A DNA stretch of 64,000 bases from Octopus bimaculoides. Lineage: Eukaryota. Shown here piece by piece: positions 1 to 64,000 of this stretch (positions within the stretch are counted from its first letter, which is position 1; each line of letters starts with the position of its first letter). The stretch is from assembly GCF_001194135.2 (NCBI RefSeq), contig NC_068997.1:28016555-28080554 (forward strand), written 5' to 3'. Both the position numbers and the translations under genes were made by a program. The notes below the pieces were generated by a model. That model was not told the DNA's origin, searched no databases, and saw only the letters and a program-made list of their open reading frames with translations.

Positions 1-270
1 CTTGCGAAGGAGGTTCAGTAATGCTCACTGTCTTCCCTCTCATGTCTCTATACACCACTGCCTGGTTTTGGTTAAACTTTCTGTTTATCCTTCTACGTTC
101 AGTTACTCTCTTCTGGTATCGGAGTCTCTCACTGACAGCCTTCAATTCTTGTTTGAGAGTGATTAGTTTGCACCTGAGGGTTGCTTTCTTACTGTCCCCA
201 AACATTACTTCCATCCTTCTCTTTAATCTCTGCTGGTGGGACGTATAGTAGCCTGTTTCTTTGCAGGCGA
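1..270 (-). mobile_element. R4/Dong-clade non-LTR retrotransposon fragment (pre-RT region)
   Basis: Open minus frame ..LKQELKAVSERLRYQKRVTERRRINRKFNQNQAVVYRDMRGKTVSITEPPSQ resembles the region N-terminal to RT in R4/Dong ORFs; bounded by (TATG)n. Confidence 0.65.
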
Positions 271-465
271 TGTATGTATGTATGTATGTATGTATGTCAT
301 TGTTCAGTTTTATTTTAAGATTTCTTGTTAATAGAGAAAGAGCTGGTTTTTAACCTAGATTCAAGCTCCTTCATTCGAATTTCAATATCAACAACAGGGT
401 AATTTTTGTTTGCATGTATGTATGTATGTATGTATGTATGTATGTATGTATGTATGTATGTATGT

Positions 466-1484
466 GCAGATTTGTATGTATTCTCATGCATATAGTTGCA
501 TAGCTAGACTTGCTCATATATATTTAAATGATAAACTTTTGGAAACTTTAACAGATTTTTTACAGTTCTAGTGATGGATTGAATCTGTAGTCTTCGAATT
601 AGCTTTTTCCTTTCTGGTTTTGAGAAGCCTTATTTCTCAAGATTGGTATTTAGGCAGTGTGTTACATATCCCAGGGCCCCAATAATTACAGGTAAAAACC
701 TGAACTCGTAATCTGGACAGAGTAACTGCAGATTTCTCAATAGTTCAGCGTAGATGTTCTCTTTTTCACTGATCTTCAGCTTTATGTTAACATCCGCTGA
801 GCAGCTAATTTCCATAACTGTGCACAGTTTCTCTTCTCTATCCCAAAGTATTATATCAGGTCTGTTGTGCTTACATTTTATTGAGATCTTCACTGGGACA
901 TTCCTCCAGTATTCTTTTTCATTATGAATGGCTATGACTTCTACCATATTGTGGGTTCTTATTTCTTTGTCCACGGAGTTATCCTTTCGACGGATTTCAT
1001 TATAGAGTGTCCTAGTGTCCACAGAGTTATCCTTTCGACGGATTTCATTATAGAGTGTCCTAGCTACAACATCATATCTCATCAGTAGATAATACTGTGA
1101 TGACATTTTCGGACAAATGCTTATGATGTGGGTGATATCTTCAGTGTGAACTCCACAAAGTCTGCATCGGTTGTCACATTTTACTGCTTTTCCTGCATCT
1201 CTATCCCTTCTGTGCATCAGGTACTTGGTTGATATTTCCTGTTCCTGGAATGCAAACGCATATCCTTCAAAGTGGGAGGTAGTAGTCTGGCTATTGGTCC
1301 ATGATAAACTGCTTTGATGATCAATGTTACTATCATCACAGAACTTTCTACTAACATATCCATGCATAGTCTTCTGCTCATATAGGCTCATCCTTTCATC
1401 TGATGATATGTTGCGGTAGAGTTGTGCGACTTCTTTAGGCAGAGAAAAGTATGATGAGGCTGCATCCATATCTCTACAAGTCAC
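466..1484 (-). mobile_element. R4/Dong-type non-LTR retrotransposon 3' end (CCHC knuckle + restriction-like endonuclease)
   Basis: CRLCGVHTEDITHIISIC, RYDVVA, HNRPDIILWD..VMEISC..K..K..Y, PVIIGALG; 3' UTR runs into a (CATA)n tail at about 411-465. Confidence 0.85.
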
Positions 1485-1542
1485 TTTGAGAGGGTCCGAT
1501 CAACTGCGGCGGATGAGAAACGCCAAAGAAGGAGTGAGTCAA

Positions 1543-1755
1543 GGCGGCGAGCTGGCAGAAACATTAGCACGCCGGGTGAAATGCTTAGCGGTATTTCGGC
1601 TGTCTTTACGTTTTGAGTTTTAATTCCGCCAATTCGACTTTGCCTTTCATCCTTTCGGGGTCGATAAATTAAGTACCAGTTGTATACTAGAGTCGATCTA
1701 ATCAACTGGACCCCTCCCCAGAAATTTCGGATTTTGTGCCTAGAATAGAAAAGAA
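1543..1755 (+). mobile_element. SINE-like family A (best-preserved copy)
   Basis: gagctggcagaa..gcttagcgg..tgagtt..cctttcatcctttcggggtcgataaattaagtaccag..ttgtgcctag; at least 11 other diverged copies, e.g. 8285-8470, 10345-10545, 15660-15870, 15900-16100, 24820-25058, 25207-25395, 25880-26100, 58760-58885, 62905-63085. Confidence 0.85.
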
Positions 1756-2038
1756 GGAGCGAGTCATCTTCACGATACCGCATCTGGCCAAACCCTATAT
1801 AGTTGCCCCAAAATCATTGGAGCCTGTCGTTCAAGGGTTGGTTTACAGAGCCATTTAAGGGCTTGTTGCCTTTCATTATGATCTTTGGACACAAAGACCA
1901 GCTCTATGGCTAAGAAACTCGTTTTACAGCCAAGTGGTTTCAAGTTCAATCCTTGGGCATGTGTTTTCTACCATGACTCCAGATCGATGAATATCTTGTG
2001 AGTGAATTCGGAAGAGGGTAACTGTGTAGAAGCTCATC

Positions 2039-2039
<1 letters not shown>

Positions 2040-2118
<79 letters not shown>
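2040..2118. repeat. (TG)n microsatellite
   Basis: Direct. Confidence 0.95.
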
Positions 2119-2120
<2 letters not shown>

Positions 2121-3059
2121 CGTTAGGTATGAAGTCTGGGAAGCTAATACGAGTTTGCAGTGTAAGAATATACACATAAAGAAGACATCGAGGTTACTTG
2201 ATTCAAAGTCAGTCAAGCACTCCGTAAACATGTCCTCAGCAAAGGCTTTTGAAATTGGCTTCAATAAAACTTCCACGGAGTTTTATAGAAATTATTGTTT
2301 TGTTCTCAAACATTCATTTGTATCTTCGCTGGCTTTTCCCATAGTACGTGTTCAGTAGGATGGAAAGCAAGAAATATGCTTGCGCATGTACATACATACA
2401 TACATACATACATACATACATGCATATATGTGTGTGTGTGTATGTGTGTGTGTGTGTGTATGCATATAACCGAAATATATATATATATANNNNNNNNNNN
2501 NNNNNNNNNNNNNNNNNNNNNNNNNNNNNNNNNNNNNNNNNNNNNNNNNNNNNNNNNNNNNNNNNNNNNNNNNNNNNNNNNNNNNNNNNNNNNNNNNNNN
2601 NNNNNNNNNNNNNNNNNNNNNNNNNNNNNNNNNNNNNNNNNNNNNNNNNNNNNNNNNNNNNNNNNNNNNNNNNNNNNNNNNNNNNNNNNNNNNNNNNNNN
2701 NNNNNNNNNNNNNNNNNNNNNNNNNNNNNNNNNNNNNNNNNNNNNNNNNNNNNNNNNNNNNNNNNNNNNNNNNNNNNNNNNNNNNNNNNNNNNNNNNNNN
2801 NNNNNNNNNNNNNNNNNNNNNNNNNNNNNNNNNNNNNNNNNNNNNNNNNNNNNNNNNNNNNNNNNNNNNNNNNNNNNNNNNNNNNNNNNNNNNNNNNNNN
2901 NNNNNNNNNNNNNNNNNNNGTGTGTGTTTCTGCATATATTTTTCTTGTTTATTTTCCTTGCATATTTTAATCGAGGTCAGACTATTAAACCTAACGTAGC
3001 TTATGACTAAAGGATTTGACGCTTTTGTGGTTGCTTAAACAGCAAATGCCTGCAATCAA

Positions 3060-3095
<36 letters not shown>

Positions 3096-4069
3096 GGCTT
3101 ATACAATATAACAATGAAGCAAGCATTGACGAGTTTTCTGACCTTCTTCTAAATCGGCCAGTAGTAACGCCACTAAGGCGTTGTGAATTAATTACAATGC
3201 GACAAATATCAAATAAGCTCCATGGGTGGGGCAACGATTTTTCATAAGATTAAAATATTGAAACTAAATAAAGTATTTATATTTTAAACGATTTTTCTAA
3301 AATCTTTTTAAGCAGTTCTAAGCAATTTTTTTAATAAGTGAATTGGCAAAGACGTTACAGAATTCTTCGAGGTTTTTGTTCCGAATCATCGCCCGGATCT
3401 CAAATCCTACCGTGGTCGATCTTTCTCTTGGCATTGCAGGCATTGCTGTTTGGCAAGTTTGCTTCCCAGCCACTTGGTTCCGAGTTCAGTCTCACTGCGT
3501 GGCATCTTGAGCAAGTTTCTTTTTTCTACTACAACCCCAGATTGATCACTGCTTTGTGAGTGAATTTGGTTGATGGAAACGGAAAGAAGCTCGTCATGTG
3601 TGTGTGTGTGTGTGTGTGTGTGTACGTGCGTGTGTTAAGCGGTACTAGTTTGTGTTTTCGGTAAAAGAGACCGCTAGAGTAAGTACCAGACTTTGCAAAA
3701 GTATAGTAAGTCCTGGGATCGATTCGTTCGACAAAAATTCTTCAGGACGGTGCCCCAGCTAGGCCACAGTCTAATGAATGAAACAAGTAAAATCTTTATA
3801 AGAATTAGATTATGTGTAGGGTATTGTGGTGTCAATGAGTAAAAACATGATTGGTAACGTGCCAAGGTCAAATTGAATCTTTTTAAGCCTCATCAGAAAG
3901 GTCGGCGTGCTTGTAATAGATTATCTTTCATTGAGTTGAGAAAGACATAATTCTGAATTCTCATTTCAATTCTCGGTTTCACTTCCTGCTTACTCCAAGG
4001 GAAAAGAAAGCAGTAACTTACATATTGCTAATTATCGTCATCATTATCGTTTTGACAATTTTATCTACA

Positions 4070-4300
4070 CTGACATATGTTGTGTAGGTCTGTTGTATTG
4101 TATATCACCGTACTTCTTGATCACGTATCACCTAATTTGCTAAACCCTGAATCCTCAGGTCACTGTTCACTACTTCTTCCATTGTCTTTCACAAGGTCTT
4201 CCTCTGCTCTGGATATCTTCCTTTGTCATCATGCAGCAACATCTTTACCAAGTAGATATCATTCACTTACATAACACGTCCAAACCAACGTGTCATACTA
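4070..4300 (-). mobile_element. RTE LINE C-terminal remnant
   Basis: Frameshifted SRGRP..W/EEVVNSDLRIQGL. Confidence 0.5.
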
Positions 4301-4562
4301 AAAGAACAATAGATAGAAAGATGTTTTTGTGTTGTAATATGGACTACACAAACTGGATGAAACAACCTCGCTTCTACTGAATCATCTCCAGATTAATTAC
4401 AGCTACCGTCACATCTCTTGTATTATTTTCGTTGAAATATGTCTTGCCCTTATAATCCATTGCAAAAATCTCAGATTGTGTGATTGTTTTAATGTCTGTA
4501 GCTAGAAGTCCAAACCCCGTCGTTCCTTCTAACATTCAATCGTGTTCTTGTTTATTTCCCAG

Positions 4563-51182
<46,620 letters not shown>

Positions 51183-51237
51183 AACGCTGGTTGAATATGT
51201 ATGGAATTGTCTATATATGTCTTTCTACCAACAATGT

Positions 51238-51243
51238 AATAAA
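51238..51243 (+). terminator. Candidate polyadenylation signal of TRPM
   Basis: AATAAA 56 nt after the stop codon; further AATAAA hexamers occur downstream. Confidence 0.4.
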
Positions 51244-51595
51244 TATTTAATAGACAAAAGTATTGGGAAGTTATTAATTATAACAAACCAGACACAGCAG
51301 CAGCAACAAGAACAGCAGTTGTAGTCAAAATGGATGTAAGCAATAGTTATGTCAGGTGGGTCATACAAGAGACATCGTGTATAAAAACTGTATTTATATA
51401 TAAGCGTTATGCCTCTGTCCTCTGGCTATTGGAATAACATAGCTGGTGGAAAGACAAGTGATAGAGAAGGAGGCAGCTTGAATGAGGTGTGTGAAGGACA
51501 AGGAGAGAGAATAAAGAGACAATCTGCTTTTCCTTGGAACTTTAGCAACAAAAAGAAATATATGTATTTTTACATATTTTTGAGGGCGGGCTGCT

Positions 51596-51737
51596 TGTGA
51601 ATTTACAGTATTTGGGGGTGGAGGGTGTGTGTATTTATGGAGTTTTTTTGGCGGGGTACATGTGAATTTATGGGGTTTTGGGTGGGGGTGCATGTGAATT
51701 TATGGGGTTGTGGGGGAGGGGTGCATGTGAATTAATG
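51596..51737. repeat. G-rich minisatellite of about 32 bp
   Basis: atgtgaatttatggggtt..gggggtgc units, 4-5 diverged copies. Confidence 0.75.
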
Positions 51738-53803
51738 TTTTTCACAGAAATGAAAGATCAATTTGGATAAAAATAAAGAATTCTAAAAATAAAAAGTGAT
51801 AATTGTTTATTAATTAAAGAAATGCAAAAGAAAAATATAATTAATACAAATATTTTGTTAAACCGTTAAAATATATTTTACTAGTAAAGCACTTTGAAAT
51901 ACTGGACACAGAGTATAATACCAGGGTATAATCCATTCCAAATTAGAGACAGCAAAGAGGGGACTTGGATGTAAATAACCATGTTCTTCACGCTATATTT
52001 AAACTATTCTACTCACTCTATATTTGCTTAAGTTTCTAAAATATAAACAATATTCAGAAATTTCACAATCTTTTATTTATTTATTTTTTACAAAAGTTTA
52101 ATTAAACTAAAAACAAAATATAAAAATTGAGCTGCAAAAGAAGAAAGGTAGCATAGACATTGGACATATATAGTATTAACAGCAAATAAATCTCAAATAT
52201 TGTTTGTAAGAAAAAAAAATTGCTTTATTTATTTAGTTGTATTTTACAAGATAACAATAGAATTTCAGATACAAAAATATACGGCTGGCACCAAAGACAA
52301 AACAAACATTTTGTTATATTTTGGTTTCTACATATCTAAAATAGCACCTAACTGGTATTTTCTGGATAAGCAGATCTTTAAAGATTTTGGATTATACAAT
52401 AAAGGCTATTTTAAGATAGAGATTAATTTCAAAATTCACTCCTCGAATTTTCTGGAAAGACTGTTGTTCTAATTAATTGCTTTTATAAAAGATCCTATCA
52501 CATGACACTGTCCCCTGGAACTGTTATCACAATTCCTTTACAGCTGTCCAACTCAAAAGAGGCAACACTGTCAAGAGAACTTGGAACATGAAGATGTCAG
52601 CTTTAAATTTGTACTGCCTTCAATGAGGGACAAAAATCATGGTCTAGAAAATTCTTGACCAGTCATTCTTTGTGTTTCGTCTTGCATGCAATTAAAATTA
52701 GAATGTCAACAAAATAAAACGTTAAGCAAAATTAGGGAGGGAAAACTTTTCACAAAGAAAAGCAGTGGTAAATATTTATCACACAGTATGGTTTTTTTTT
52801 TTCTTTTTCAAGTGAAAATCAACCAAATATCAATAATAAGCTGAATAAAACCACTCCACAGATTATATAGGTAGCATGGCATTAGTTTGGCATCAAGCAC
52901 TTTTACTAGAGTCTTCTGAGACTTCTTTCTAGTGTAAAAAATAAATATAAAATAAAAATCACNNNNNNNNNNNNNNNNNNNNNNNNNNNNNNNNNNNNNN
53001 NNNNNNNNNNNNNNNNNNNNNNNNNNNNNNNNNNNNNNNNNNNNNNNNNNNNNNNNNNNNNNNNNNNNNNNNNNNNNNNNNNNNNNNNNNNNNNNNNNNN
53101 NNNNNNNNNNNNNNNNNNNNNNNNNNNNNNNNNNNNNNNNNNNNNNNNNNNNNNNNNNNNNNNNNNNNNNNNNNNNNNNNNNNNNNNNNNNNNNNNNNNN
53201 NNNNNNNNNNNNNNNNNNNNNNNNNNNNNNNNNNNNNNNNNNNNNNNNNNNNNNNNNNNNNNNNNNNNNNNNNNNNNNNNNNNNNNNNNNNNNNNNNNNN
53301 NNNNNNNNNNNNNNNNNNNNNNNNNNNNNNNNNNNNNNNNNNNNNNNNNNNNNNNNNNNNNNNNNNNNNNNNNNNNNNNNNNNNNNNNNNNNNNNNNNNN
53401 NNNNNNNNNNNNNNNNNNNNNNNNNNNNNNNNNNNNNNNNNNNNNNNNNNNNNNNNNNNNNNNNNNNNNNNNNNNNNNNNNNNNNNNNNNNNNNNNNNNN
53501 NNNNNNNNNNNNNNNNNNNNNNNNNNNNNNNNNNNNNNNNNNNNNNNNNNNNNNNNNNNNNNNNNNNNNNNNNNNNNNNNNNNNNNNNNNNNNNNNNNNN
53601 NNNNNNNNNNNNNNNNNNNNNNNNNNNNNNNNNNNNNNNNNNNNNNNNNNNNNNNNNNNNNNNNNNNNNNNNNNNNNNNNNNNNNNNNNNNNNNNNNNNN
53701 NNNNNNNNNNNNNNNNNNNNNNNNNNNNNNNNNNNNNNNNNNNNNNNNNNNNNNNNNNNNNNNCTGATTAAAATGTCAATGGTTTGTTTCCCTTGGCTGG
53801 CAC

Positions 53804-53807
<4 letters not shown>

Positions 53808-53888
<81 letters not shown>
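53808..53888. repeat. (TA)n(GA)n microsatellite
   Basis: Direct. Confidence 0.95.
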
Positions 53889-53893
<5 letters not shown>

Positions 53894-54564
53894 TAGTGAA
53901 GACACTTAACTCTAAATAGCCCATTCCACCAAGATGAAAATAGGCACTATAGGAGGCTAAATCTCACCACCCAAAGCAATGTTAGAATCATACAACTAAC
54001 AATGTCTCATTAACCAGAGGTGCTGAGTAAAATATTTGCTGAGGAATGCAAATTGGTGACAAGTAAAAATTCCATCAGGTAGACTTGACCCTAGATAAAA
54101 CTCCACAAATCCAGTCTTAAAGTGATTCTCCAAATAGTTTAATGTGCACAGAGTTTCAAACCTATGTTTGTTACCCATGTTCAAACAAAATATATGTAAG
54201 GGAAACAAATATAACTTTGCAAACTTAGAAAACATAAAATAAACAATGTTAAACTTTGGTGGGAAAGAGGAGAATGTAATATGAAAACGACAGAGGTAAG
54301 AATAATTATGACCAAAATAGTGGTATGGAGCAGCATTATATATACAGCAACAACCAGAATTAATGAATTCTAAATGTATAGAGAGAGATTTCTAATGTCA
54401 ATATTGGTGAATGTTCTGCGAAGAAAGAGAAATTACGTGTGGGTGTGTGTGTGAATATATATATGTATGTGACCCAAAAGCCACTAAAATGGTCATGTGA
54501 CTTCTGGGCCACCTTGCATATATATATATAGATATATATATATATATATATATANNNNNNNNNN

Positions 54565-54603
<39 letters not shown>

Positions 54604-54642
54604 GGATATATATAATAGTGGCACATATCAGTTTAATTGATT

Positions 54643-64000
<9,358 letters not shown>

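Noticed and set aside
2295-3010. Long ORFs in the track containing X-runs (also 21463-22445, 31364-32327, 35985-36780, 45413-46492, 49549-50713, 52959-53924)
   Set aside because: These are produced by reading through N gaps; only the embedded TRPM exon fragments are real.
2920-4562. Search for the TRPM start-codon exon
   Set aside because: No convincing ATG exon with a phase-0 donor; it may lie in gap 2490-2919 or upstream of the window.
51409-51600. 63-aa ORF downstream of the TRPM stop as a possible extra exon
   Set aside because: No NUDT9-H or other recognisable motif and no good splice sites; probably UTR or decayed repeat.

Overview
AT-rich, microsatellite- and SINE-dense metazoan genomic DNA from a gapped assembly with about 12 N-runs. 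The repeat landscape looks like a coleoid cephalopod, probably Octopus; this is an inference from recalled repeat families, not a database result. Two intron-rich genes lie tail-to-tail. (1) On the + strand is a TRPM-family cation channel most similar to TRPM2. I traced 26 coding exons from 4563 to the stop at 51182 with consistent splice phases. The first coding exon was not found, two exons are interrupted by gaps, and the protein ends right after the coiled coil with no NUDT9-H domain. (2) On the - strand is the 3' part of ecdysoneless/SGT1 (ECD), 10 exons from 64000 to 54643, continuing beyond the window. Introns carry R4/Dong, RTE, CR1-like and Penelope retroelement remnants, mariner, hAT-like and other TIR elements, a Helitron helicase fragment and three SINE-like families. 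Best leads: hammerhead-ribozyme motifs in TRPM introns (one fused to a tRNA-derived Pol III head), candidate in-frame microexons or cassette exons (one next to the S2-S3 Ca2+ site), and the NUDT9-H-less TRPM2-like architecture. No bona fide tRNA, rRNA or CRISPR features were seen. All alignments were done by eye, and human residue numbers are quoted from memory.
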